From: Polyangiales bacterium
GTDB taxonomy: Bacteria; Myxococcota_A; Polyangia; Polyangiales; JADJQN01
Reading direction: 5' to 3'
Assembly (NCBI GenBank): GCA_964202905.1
Contig: CAXNJO010000011.1
Coordinates: forward strand, 96,001 to 160,000
DNA length: 64,000 nucleotides
The translations under genes were made by a program, and so were the position numbers. Below are positions 42,276 through 51,830 of this stretch, one piece after another (the first letter of the stretch is position 1; the number at the start of each line of letters is the position of its first letter). Below the pieces are notes generated by a model that ran no database searches, was not told the origin of the DNA, and was given only the letters and a program-made list of their open reading frames with translations.

Positions 42276-42284
42276 CGGCTCAAC

Positions 42285-42848
42285 TCACTTCTTGACGCGT
42301 TCGACGTACTCGCCGGTTCGCGTATCGACCTTGATCCACTCGTCCTGGTTCACGAACAGCGGGACGGTCGTCTTGAGGCCCGTGCTGAGCGTGCAGGGCT
42401 TCTGGATGTTGCCGCTGGTATCGCCCTTGAAACCAGGCTCGGTCTCCACGACCTGCAACTCGATGAAGATCGGCGGCGTCACGCCGATGGGCGTGCCGTC
42501 GTAGAAGAGGATCGAGACCGGCAGATTGTCGAGCAGGTAGAACTTGTTCTCGCCGAGCTGCTCGGCCGAGAGCCGGACCTGGTCGTAGCTCTGCGAATCC
42601 ATGAAGACGTAGTCCTCGCCCTCGGGATAGAGGTACGTCATCTGACGCTCCTCCATGTCCGCCTTCTCGAGGCGCTCGCCGGACTTGTACGTCCGCTCGA
42701 GGACGTTGCCGGTGATCATGTTTTTCATCTTCACGCGCGTGAACGCCTGACCCTTGCCGGGCTTCACGAACTGGAAGTCAACGACGACGTAAGGGTTGCC
42801 GTCGATTTTGAGCTTGACGTTCTTGCGGATATCGGAGGTTTCGTACAT
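42285..42848 (-). CDS. efp: elongation factor P
   Basis: VKPGKGQAF loop, TEPGFKGDT, VPLFV, DTRTGEYVER. Confidence 0.97.
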   Translation of the reverse strand: MYETSDIRKNVKLKIDGNPYVVVDFQFVKPGKGQAFTRVKMKNMITGNVLERTYKSGERLEKADMEERQMTYLYPEGEDYVFMDSQSYDQVRLSAEQLGENKFYLLDNLPVSILFYDGTPIGVTPPIFIELQVVETEPGFKGDTSGNIQKPCTLSTGLKTTVPLFVNQDEWIKVDTRTGEYVERVKK

Positions 42849-42929
42849 ACGGGCCTCGGGAGGGTCGCTCGAAGAACGACGCGGGACCCGGTCATGGCCG
42901 AGCCCCGCGCGCGGAGGTTGCGTGGCCGT

Positions 42930-43352
42930 TCAGCTGCCGCCGGACACGCGGTGGGTGAGGGCTACCTTGTCGCTCGGGGTGCTGACGTCGCGCGTGCGCT
43001 CGGCGGTGACCCGCACCTCGAAGGCCGCGAGCGTCGTGGTCGCCAAGGCTTCCCCGGTGCGGGCATCCGCGTCGTAGCGGAGGTTGGCGGCCTTGACGGG
43101 CGCCGCGTTCGCGCCGACGAACCAGACCACGTAGGCTGTCGACCCGGCCGCGACGCGCTCGGGCGGTGGCAGGTTCTCGAGGCGCAGCGTCACGAGACGG
43201 TTGCCGGCCCCGGACTCCTCAATGCGGACGATGCCGTCGGCGCTCGCGGCCTCGTGCTGGCCGATCACGGCTTGGTCGAGCGCGCCGCCACAGCCGACGA
43301 GCAGGGCGCCGGCGAGCGCGCAGGCGAAGAAAAGCGTCGTGAACTTCGTCAT
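42930..43352 (-). CDS. small hypothetical lipoprotein (RskA-like beta-sandwich)
   Basis: Lipobox LLVGC; LENLPPP...YVVW...VTAE motif. Confidence 0.65.
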   Translation of the reverse strand: MTKFTTLFFACALAGALLVGCGGALDQAVIGQHEAASADGIVRIEESGAGNRLVTLRLENLPPPERVAAGSTAYVVWFVGANAAPVKAANLRYDADARTGEALATTTLAAFEVRVTAERTRDVSTPSDKVALTHRVSGGS

Positions 43353-43468
43353 CGGACCCCTCCGTGTCGAGCGCGGCTTGTATTCCGGCCGGTCGCTCTG
43401 GTCAAGGGTCACGGCGGCCCGGTGGGGCTCTTGCCATCCCCCGGTCGAGGCGGTAAGCGTGTCGGCCT

Positions 43469-44362
43469 GTGCGCGAGGCCGACGAAGAGATCCGCGAGAT
43501 CAAGCGAGAGATCATCGAGTCTCGCGGGCTCATCATCAAAACGAACAACCTCACCAACGCGCTCGCCGCGGACATCAAGTCCATCGGCAAACGCCAGGCG
43601 GGTTACGAGCGGCGCTTCAACTGGAACAGCGCCGTCGCCTATGTGCTCTTTGCGACGTTGTCGTTCGTCGGGCTGAAGCTCTGGTCGGACGTGCGCATTC
43701 GGGAGATCGAGGGCGAGACGCGTGAGCTGCAGCGCGAGGCCCGGGAACTCCGCCGCGATCTTACCGAGGAGACGCGCCGCGCCGAGGGACGCGAGCGCGC
43801 CGAGGGCAAGGCCGCGCAGTTCTACGACCTCATCCGGCAACAGAAGCGCGCGGAGGTCGTCGAGCGTTTCGAGCAGATCCGTGGCGAGCGCCTGTCGCGT
43901 GCCGAGGCCTCCTTCTTCCGCGACACGGTCGAACGTTTCCGGCTCGATCTCTCCGTCGCCGCCTACCAGAACGGCCTCGATCTGATGCGCACGGGCCGCT
44001 ACGCGGAGGCCGCGGACGCGTTTCAGGAGTCCGTGCGCCTCAAGGAAGAGGCCGCGCACATCCCGGCCGTCAAGTACAACCTCGCGCGGACCCTCGCGCG
44101 GCTCGGACGGCAGGGCGAGGCGATGGTGCTCGCGCAGGCGGTCATCGACCAAAACGTCGACCGCGAACTCCAGGACGACGGCGCCTTCCTGCTCGCGCAG
44201 TGCGCCGAGGACCTCGGCAACATCGACGACGCCCGCAACGCGCTCCGGATGATCGGCCGTCGCTGGCCGCGCTCGCAGCTCGCGCTCGATGCGCGCCGGC
44301 ACCTCGGCGACCTCAACCTCCGGGTGCTGCGCGGTCAGGTGCAGGCGCCGGGCGGCGGCTGA
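43469..44362 (+). CDS. membrane protein with coiled coil and C-terminal TPR (CpoB/YbgF-like)
   Basis: N-terminal coiled coil, single TM (AVAYVLFATLSFVGL), AYQNGLDLMRTGRYAEA, RRWPRSQLA. Confidence 0.75.
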   Translation: MREADEEIREIKREIIESRGLIIKTNNLTNALAADIKSIGKRQAGYERRFNWNSAVAYVLFATLSFVGLKLWSDVRIREIEGETRELQREARELRRDLTEETRRAEGRERAEGKAAQFYDLIRQQKRAEVVERFEQIRGERLSRAEASFFRDTVERFRLDLSVAAYQNGLDLMRTGRYAEAADAFQESVRLKEEAAHIPAVKYNLARTLARLGRQGEAMVLAQAVIDQNVDRELQDDGAFLLAQCAEDLGNIDDARNALRMIGRRWPRSQLALDARRHLGDLNLRVLRGQVQAPGGG

Positions 44363-44463
44363 GAGGCGCGCATCGGGGTTGACGGCGCGGCAGGTTTGCG
44401 GCTCTCATGACGCCTCCGGCGCGTACGTGCGTCGGTGCCGGGGGGGAGAACGGACGAAGCCGG

Positions 44464-45384
44464 ATGTCGAGACCGCGGATCGCGTTCGTGGGGTCGGGTG
44501 GAGCGACGAAAGGCATCGCGCATCTCGGCGTGCTCAAGGCGATGGAGGAGCTCGGGCTCGAGGCCGATGTGTTCGTCGGCGCGTCGGCTGGCGCCATCGC
44601 CGCTGCGTTCTTCGCGCAGGGATCCACGGCCGACGAGATGGTCGACTGGATGCGGCCCTTCTGGGAGCGACGTGCGCCGTCCGGGGCCTTGAAGGGGCGT
44701 TATTTCCTCGGCGCCCCGAACCGCGAGCAGTTGCGCAGCCCCGGCTACCTCGCGAGCGGTCTGCTCTCGATCGACCGCTTCGAGCGCTTCCTCGCCGAGC
44801 GTCTCCCGACGAACGATTTCCGCAAACTCGCGCGAACGCTGCTCGTCACCGCGGCCGACGTCGACGGCCGCGGGCGCATGGTGTTCGGGCGCGGTCACGA
44901 CGAGGCGACGCCGATCTCGCAGGCTGTCGCCGCGTCCTCGTGCGTCCCCGTTCTCTTCCGGCCGTATCGCATCGGAGACCGGTACTACATCGATGGCGAG
45001 GTCGTCCGGACGCTGAGCCTCGATCTCGCGGTCGAGGCGGGGGCCGACGTCGTCATCATCTCGAACGTGTACCGGCCGCACGTCGCGCGGGAGACGGAGG
45101 TGTCGCTCGCGCGCCGCGGCGTCGCGGCCGTCGGGCGCCAGGCGCTCAACATCATCCTCAGCGAGAAGGAGAAGCGGGGCATCGATCTCGTGCACCGCCT
45201 CTACCCGCACGTGACGCTCCTCAACGTGAGCGCGGACCTCGGGAACTTCTCCTTCTTGAACCGGCGCGAGTCGCGACCTCTGCTCGCCCGCGGCTACCGC
45301 GAGGCGCTCAAGGTGCTCGCGGCGGCGAAGCAGCGCGGCACCTTCGACGTCCGCTCGAACGTGAAGAACGTCGGGACGGCCTGA
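44464..45384 (+). CDS. patatin-like phospholipase
   Basis: SGGATKGIAHLGV, GASAG nucleophile motif, ASSCVPVLF, YIDGE. Confidence 0.9.
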   Translation: MSRPRIAFVGSGGATKGIAHLGVLKAMEELGLEADVFVGASAGAIAAAFFAQGSTADEMVDWMRPFWERRAPSGALKGRYFLGAPNREQLRSPGYLASGLLSIDRFERFLAERLPTNDFRKLARTLLVTAADVDGRGRMVFGRGHDEATPISQAVAASSCVPVLFRPYRIGDRYYIDGEVVRTLSLDLAVEAGADVVIISNVYRPHVARETEVSLARRGVAAVGRQALNIILSEKEKRGIDLVHRLYPHVTLLNVSADLGNFSFLNRRESRPLLARGYREALKVLAAAKQRGTFDVRSNVKNVGTA

Positions 45385-45406
45385 CGTCCGTGTGGCCCGG
45401 CGAGGC

Positions 45407-45742
45407 TCACGGAGCGGGGCGCGGTTCCGTCTCGCTCGCGATCCACGCGAGGTAGTCTGCACCACCGCCGGCGGTCCGAATCGCAATGATTTCAGGTACA
45501 TCGTAGGGGTGGAGTGCGCGAATCACGCGCTCGGTCTCCGCGAGCCGCGAGGCGCGCGATTTGATGATGAGCTGCACCTCGCGGGCCTCCTCGATCACCC
45601 CCTGCCAGCGGTAGAGGGAGTGCACGCCCGGGATGAGGTTGACGCAGGCCGCGCAGCGCGCGTCGAGCAGGGCGCGGGCGAGTCGGGAGGCGGTGGCGTC
45701 GTCGGGCGCGGTGCAGAGGACGAGGATCGCGTGGTCGCTCAT
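45407..45742 (-). CDS. cutA: divalent-cation tolerance protein CutA
   Basis: AACVNLIPG, SLYRWQG, HPYDVPEII, YLAWI. Confidence 0.93.
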   Translation of the reverse strand: MSDHAILVLCTAPDDATASRLARALLDARCAACVNLIPGVHSLYRWQGVIEEAREVQLIIKSRASRLAETERVIRALHPYDVPEIIAIRTAGGGADYLAWIASETEPRPAP

Positions 45743-45795
45743 GCGCGCAGGGTAGCGCCGTGCGCGCGCCCGCGGTCTCGTCGGGCGGGGGGCGG

Positions 45796-46452
45796 TCAGA
45801 GTCCGACGATGCGTGCGTCCGGGCCGAGGCGCACCACGAGCTCGGCGACGCCGAGCCGCACGAAGAGGAGATCGTTGAGCCGGCGGTTTCCCGGCCCGCC
45901 GCGGACGGGGATACTCACGAGCAGGTCGTCGGGCCGGTAGCGGGGGGCGCCGCGTCTCGGGTCGCGCCGCGCCGAGAGCGGCGTGACCGTCGCGCCCGGG
46001 ACATCGAAGAGCTCGTCGAGGTCGCGGCTGCGCGCGAGGCCGTCCGCCTCGGCGGCCCGTTGCAGGCCCGCGATGAGCGCAGCCCGCGCGATGACGCCGC
46101 CCGCGCGGCTCACGGGATCTGCGAGCAGGGCCTCGAGCGTGGTCGTGCTCCGATCGCGGAGCGCTTCGAGGAAGCGGAGGGTGAGGCGGCGGGCCTCGTC
46201 GTCGCGGCCGTGAACCGCGAGGCCGACCGGTGCGCCGGTGTGCGCGTGATCGCCGGGCGGTGGCGCGAAGGCGCGGGGATCGGCGTCGGTCGCGGGGGCC
46301 GCCTCGGTGGCCGGGGCGCGCGGGCCGATGGGGGCGGCGCCACAGGCGACCTCCGCGACGAGGAGCAACGAAAAGGCCCCCGCGCGCGCGGGGCCTGACG
46401 CCTCGCCAAACCTCGGTCGCATCCGTGTCCAGCGTGAGCGGTGGCGGGGCAT
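45796..46452 (-). CDS. hypothetical exported protein
   Basis: ORF fills the gap on the cutA strand; possible signal or lipobox (LLLVAEVAC); start uncertain. Confidence 0.5.
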   Translation of the reverse strand: MPRHRSRWTRMRPRFGEASGPARAGAFSLLLVAEVACGAAPIGPRAPATEAAPATDADPRAFAPPPGDHAHTGAPVGLAVHGRDDEARRLTLRFLEALRDRSTTTLEALLADPVSRAGGVIARAALIAGLQRAAEADGLARSRDLDELFDVPGATVTPLSARRDPRRGAPRYRPDDLLVSIPVRGGPGNRRLNDLLFVRLGVAELVVRLGPDARIVGL

Positions 46453-46515
46453 CGCGGTCGGTGTGCTCCAGGCGACGGGGGCGGCGTGGCGATGACCGCG
46501 CGGGCGCCGCCGCGC

Positions 46516-46716
46516 TCAGCGGGTGGTCTGCGTTGGTGCGTCCGCGGGGGCCGCGGGGGCCGCGGCGAGGCGTGCCGCTTCGGCCAGCACGCGGCGCGTG
46601 CGCGCCTTCGTGCGACGTTGCGCGATGGCCTCGACGCCCCGCAGCGCCACGAGGCACAGTGCGGCGATGCTGAGCACGGCGATCGGGAAGCCGACGTCGA
46701 TCCGCAGGAAGGACAT
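46516..46716 (-). CDS. small membrane protein (66 aa)
   Basis: MSFLRIDVGFPIAVLSIAALCLVALRG TM helix followed by a basic tail. Confidence 0.5.
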   Translation of the reverse strand: MSFLRIDVGFPIAVLSIAALCLVALRGVEAIAQRRTKARTRRVLAEAARLAAAPAAPADAPTQTTR

Positions 46717-49495
46717 GGGTTTGCGGCGGCTGGACGAAGCTATCACCCACGTCTCGGGCCGGCAACGCGTGGCGTGGGCGGCGCGAGTCGCCGCGGTCGC
46801 GGTGCTCGCCGCGCTCCTCGGGGGGCGTGGCGTCGCGGCGGCGGCCGAGCCCGTCGAGGTCCGCGTCCGCGCCCGCATCACCCGAGCGAGCGGCGTGATC
46901 GACGGGGACCTGCAGGTCGCGGTGCGCGTCGCGGAAGGCGAGGACCACGTCACGCTGTGGGTCTACGCCGATCGCCTCGCCGTCGTGCCCGCGGCGCTCG
47001 ACGAGCAGAGCTTCCGCGCGGTGTACCCCGGAGAGCGCGCGCGGGGCGGCGTCACGCTCCGCGAGGTGCGCGTCGGCGGGCGGGCGGCCGAGGCCCGGCG
47101 TCGTCGCGACGATCACGCGGCGGGGCGGGTGCGCGACACGTCCGGCGCGGTCTACGACGTGCCGGTGGAGCCAGGGCCGGCGCGGGTCCTCATGCTCGCG
47201 CTGCGGTTCCGCGTGAACGTCCCGCAGCGCTACGGGCGACTCGGGCGCGTCGACGGGCTGCTGTCGCTCGCCGGACCCTGGTACCCGCTCGTGGTCACCG
47301 ACGCTGCATGGGACTTTCGCGTGCCGCAACATGTGGAAATAACTCTGGAAGATGGCGGAGATCTCGTCGCGGGAGAGGGCCCCGTCAGCCACGGGGGCGC
47401 GGTGCACGACGCCCTCGCGTCCTTCGTCCCGGTGCTCGCGGCGCCGCGCCTGCGCGAGGTGCATCGCGCCGTCCCGGAGCGGCGCGGGGGGGCGCCGTCT
47501 CTGGCGGGGACCGCGCTACGTGTCGTGATGCTCGCGCCGGACGCCGCGTCGGCGCCCGATCTGCGCGAGGTCGAGCGGTTCGTCTGCGACGACGACGCCA
47601 TCGACCGTGCGGCGCACGTGCTCGAGGAGGTCGCGATCACGCTGCGCGCGGCGGGGCTCCCGCTGTCGACGAGGCCGGTCACGGCGCTCGTCGTCCCCTC
47701 GCGCACCGAGCTCGCGGCGGTCGCACCGGGGGTGTTGCTCCTGTCGGATCGTTTCGGCGAGGTCGCGCCGATCGACGCGACGGGTCGATTTCACGAGCGC
47801 GCCGTCGCCCGCGCGCTGCTCCGCGCGCTCGTCACGCCGGCCTCGACACGCCTCGAACCGCCCGCGGACCGGCCCTTTGCGGACGACCTGCGGGCCGCGC
47901 TCCTCGCGGACCTCGACGAGGCGCGCCGTCACGGTCACGCGCTCACGGTGCAGGAGCTGCTCGGCTTTGCGGCCTTCCACCCGGTCGTCGATCAACTCCT
48001 CTACGCGCCTCAGATCCCGTTCCCCGAGGTCTACTTCGGCGGCCTCGAGGAGCAGGAGCGCTTCCGCGACGACCCGATGCGCGCGTTCGCGCCGCGTGCG
48101 GGTGGAAGACGACTGCTCGAGTCGGCCCGCGACGCGCACGGCGCCGGCTTCGCGGCGGTCGCCTCGGCGCTCCTCGATGGACGCACGCCCGCACGCGAGG
48201 CGCTCGCGCGGGGGGCGGTCGAGGCCGGGCGTATCGACGCGTGGCTGGACGCGCCCTCGCGCCCGCGCAATTACCGGCTCGGCGCGGTGCGCTCGTCGCG
48301 GGAGGGCGCGGGGTACGTGCACCGCGTCGAGGTCGTTCGCGACGTGCCCCCGGGCGCCGCGCACCCCGTCGAGCCCGTCGAGGTGCAGCTCGCGGCGGTG
48401 AGCGGCGAGGTCGTCCACGGGCATTGGGATGGGCGCGGGGCGCGGGGCGTCGTGCTGCTTCGGACGCGCGGCGCGCTCGACGCGGTGATGCTCGATCCGC
48501 GTCAGCGACTCGCGCAGAGCCCCGCCCTCACGGACGGGCATCCCCGCGCCGACGACGCGACGTCCCAGCCGTTCCGACCGCCGATCCTCCAGGCGCTCGG
48601 CGCGACGTACTCCGCGGCCGAGCAGCGCCTCGACGGCGTCGTCGACTTCGCGCTCCGAAGGCGCTTCGACCTCGAGACGGGCTTCGCGCTGCGCCTCGAC
48701 TCGGGGCCCGCCTCGACGGGCGGCGCCGTCCGCTATCTCCGAGGGGTCGGGCCGAAGCGCGACACGAACAGCCGGATCGGCGTGATCGCGCTCGGTCTCG
48801 AACTCGAGCGCCTGCGCGCGGGCTTCGGCGATCGGCGCGTCGGCACGGCCGAACGCGGCGACCGGGCGGGCTGGGCGGGCGCGCTGCTCGTGGCGGGCGG
48901 CTTCGACACGCGCACCTATCGGCTCGATCCGCGGCACGGGGGCGCGCTCGGCGTGACGGTGCGCGTCGGCGGCGTGGCGCGCGACGATGGAACCCTGAGC
49001 GCCTCGGTCGCCGCGGCGGCGCGCGGCGCGATCATGCTGCCCATGGGCACGCGCAACGCGTTGCTGCTCGCGGCTGGGGCGGGCCTCACCCTCGGTCGGC
49101 CGCTGCCGGGCGAGTTGCAGTCGCTCGGGGGGCTCGGCGCCCTCCGCGGCCTCCGCTCCGATGCGCTTCTCGGAACCGGCCGCGCGTACGCGGTCGCCGA
49201 ATACCGGGCGACGCTGCTCGCCGATCTGGGGTGGAGCCTCGCGGGGGTGGTCTTCGTGCGCGAGATCCAGCTCGGGCTCTTCGCGGGCGCCGGTCTCGTC
49301 TTCGACGAGTGGCGCGCGGACGGGGGCGCGGGGAGGGCGGTGGCCCCGGCCGTCGACGCGGGGGGCGGGCTGCGGATCCACTTCCACTACGGTGGCGTCC
49401 AGCCCGGCGTGCTGGTGCTCGACCTCGCCGTGCCGCTCGTCGGCGGTCAGGGCCTCGGGCCCGCGCCGTACATCGCGTTCGACCAATACTACTGA
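46715..49495 (+). CDS. exported M1-aminopeptidase-like protein (degenerate metal motif) fused to a probable outer-membrane beta-barrel
   Basis: Signal peptide, VPQRYGRLG...GPWYP, FHERAVAR, LDPRQRL; amphipathic beta-strand C-terminal region ending YIAFDQYY; start uncertain (46715 or GTG 46769). Confidence 0.65.
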   Translation: MGLRRLDEAITHVSGRQRVAWAARVAAVAVLAALLGGRGVAAAAEPVEVRVRARITRASGVIDGDLQVAVRVAEGEDHVTLWVYADRLAVVPAALDEQSFRAVYPGERARGGVTLREVRVGGRAAEARRRRDDHAAGRVRDTSGAVYDVPVEPGPARVLMLALRFRVNVPQRYGRLGRVDGLLSLAGPWYPLVVTDAAWDFRVPQHVEITLEDGGDLVAGEGPVSHGGAVHDALASFVPVLAAPRLREVHRAVPERRGGAPSLAGTALRVVMLAPDAASAPDLREVERFVCDDDAIDRAAHVLEEVAITLRAAGLPLSTRPVTALVVPSRTELAAVAPGVLLLSDRFGEVAPIDATGRFHERAVARALLRALVTPASTRLEPPADRPFADDLRAALLADLDEARRHGHALTVQELLGFAAFHPVVDQLLYAPQIPFPEVYFGGLEEQERFRDDPMRAFAPRAGGRRLLESARDAHGAGFAAVASALLDGRTPAREALARGAVEAGRIDAWLDAPSRPRNYRLGAVRSSREGAGYVHRVEVVRDVPPGAAHPVEPVEVQLAAVSGEVVHGHWDGRGARGVVLLRTRGALDAVMLDPRQRLAQSPALTDGHPRADDATSQPFRPPILQALGATYSAAEQRLDGVVDFALRRRFDLETGFALRLDSGPASTGGAVRYLRGVGPKRDTNSRIGVIALGLELERLRAGFGDRRVGTAERGDRAGWAGALLVAGGFDTRTYRLDPRHGGALGVTVRVGGVARDDGTLSASVAAAARGAIMLPMGTRNALLLAAGAGLTLGRPLPGELQSLGGLGALRGLRSDALLGTGRAYAVAEYRATLLADLGWSLAGVVFVREIQLGLFAGAGLVFDEWRADGGAGRAVAPAVDAGGGLRIHFHYGGVQPGVLVLDLAVPLVGGQGLGPAPYIAFDQYY

Positions 49496-49532
49496 CGGCT
49501 GCGCACACGCGCAGCGTGCGGGCGGATCGCGC

Positions 49533-50273
49533 TCAGGGCGCTTCGCACACCGAGGGGCGCTCGCTGCTGCACGACCGGTCGTCCCACTCGGTGGTGCGGC
49601 CGGACGCCGTCATGATGACGCCGCAGTCCTCGCCGCCGCCGTCGTTCGGCTCCCCCTCGTCCCAGTGCGTGTAGCCGACGGGCGCGCCGTCGGCCCAGCG
49701 CCAGGTGCCCTCGGTCGTCGCGTCGTTGAGCCCGATCCACGTGTCGCCGAAGCCGCGCGCGCTCATCCCCGCATACACCTGCGCGTCCTCGGCGGCCGTG
49801 CCGATCGCGGCGAGCGCGTAACCCACGCTCGCGCACGCGACCTGTGCGCCGACCCAGCTGCGGCGGGCGTCGCAGAAGAGATACGTGCGACCGCCGCGCA
49901 CCTCGCGCGCGCAGGGGCAACCCGCGTCCTCGTCGATCTCGCCGTCGCAGTCGTCGTCCCGACCGTTGCAGCGCTCGCTCGCCGGGATGCACGCGCCCGC
50001 GCTGCCGGCGTCGCCCGTCACTCCGCCCGCGTCGGCCGCTCCGGCGTCTCGCAACCCCGCGTCGCGGGGTCCGCCGTCCGCGACCCGCGGCGCGCTGGCG
50101 TCGAGGGACACCTGGGGCAGCGCCTCCCCGCCGTCGCCCGAGTAGGGCGCAAAGCCGCCGTCCGCGGGCTCCCGAACGGTCTCGCCGCCCGTCCAGTCGG
50201 CGTCTGTCCCGCTGGCGCAGGCGGTCGAGATGAGGACCAGGGACCCCAGCAGGATGCGGACGACGTGGTGCAC
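49533..50273 (-). CDS. lipoprotein with MopE-related Cys motif and C-type lectin domain
   Basis: ISTAC lipobox; ERCNGRDDDCDGEIDE; YLFC..RSW..AQVAC, WIGLND..EGTWRWADG, WDEGEPND..EDC, WDDRSC. Confidence 0.88.
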   Translation of the reverse strand: MHHVVRILLGSLVLISTACASGTDADWTGGETVREPADGGFAPYSGDGGEALPQVSLDASAPRVADGGPRDAGLRDAGAADAGGVTGDAGSAGACIPASERCNGRDDDCDGEIDEDAGCPCAREVRGGRTYLFCDARRSWVGAQVACASVGYALAAIGTAAEDAQVYAGMSARGFGDTWIGLNDATTEGTWRWADGAPVGYTHWDEGEPNDGGGEDCGVIMTASGRTTEWDDRSCSSERPSVCEAP

Positions 50274-50342
50274 GCCCCCGACTCAGCAAAGAACAGACCA
50301 GCTGCGGCCGGCTGTCCCCGGCCCTCCGCGGGCGTGGGCCGT

Positions 50343-51236
<894 letters not shown>

Positions 51237-51346
51237 GCGCCCCGAGGGTCGCACCCGTCGCGCGCCGCACCAAGAAAGGGACCCGTGCGCGTCCGTCAAC
51301 GGCCTCGACTCGCGGCGCTCCGCAGCGGCGGCTACCTCCGACCGAG

Positions 51347-51662
51347 GTGGCCTCCGCACCGAGCCCCGATGCTCCCCCGACTCCCGCCACCGCGGCCGCC
51401 GCTGCGCGGCATCACTTGGAACACGAGCGCCGTTCGGCGTTGATCGCGGATCCGGCGAAGGCGCTCGAGGTGCTCGCGCGCGGGAAACTCGGCGTCGACC
51501 CGCACGAACTCGCCTCGCCCTGGGGTGCGGCGATCGTCTCGTTCTTCGCGTTCGCCACGGGCGCCGTACTCCCGCTCGTGCCGCTGTTCGTGCTGCCGCC
51601 CGCGACGGCGGTGCCGGGCGCGGCGACCTTCGGGATCGGGCGGCTGCTCGGCGTCGCCACAC
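51347..51662 (+). pseudogene. internally deleted remnant of a VIT1/CCC1 family metal transporter
   Basis: LGVDPHELASPWGAAIVSFFAFATGAVLPLVP followed almost directly by the family C-terminus AATFGIGRLLGVA; most TM helices are missing and there is no stop at the expected place. Confidence 0.65.
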
Positions 51663-51666
51663 CCCG

Positions 51667-51686
51667 AAGCACTTCGCGAAGTGCTT
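51667..51686. repeat. perfect 20-bp palindrome AAGCACTTCGCGAAGTGCTT
   Basis: Read directly; flanked by ACCCCG...CGGGGT. Confidence 0.9.
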
Positions 51687-51830
51687 GCGGAAATCCGGGG
51701 TTCGCGGTGCGACGAGATCGGCGCACCGAGTGCGGTTGCCTCCGTCCCATGCGTGGTATAAGGCCGCCCGCCGACGGCGCCCTGGTCCGACTTCCGAGCC
51801 ACGCGCGCGCCCGCCTCTGGAGGCTCCCCC

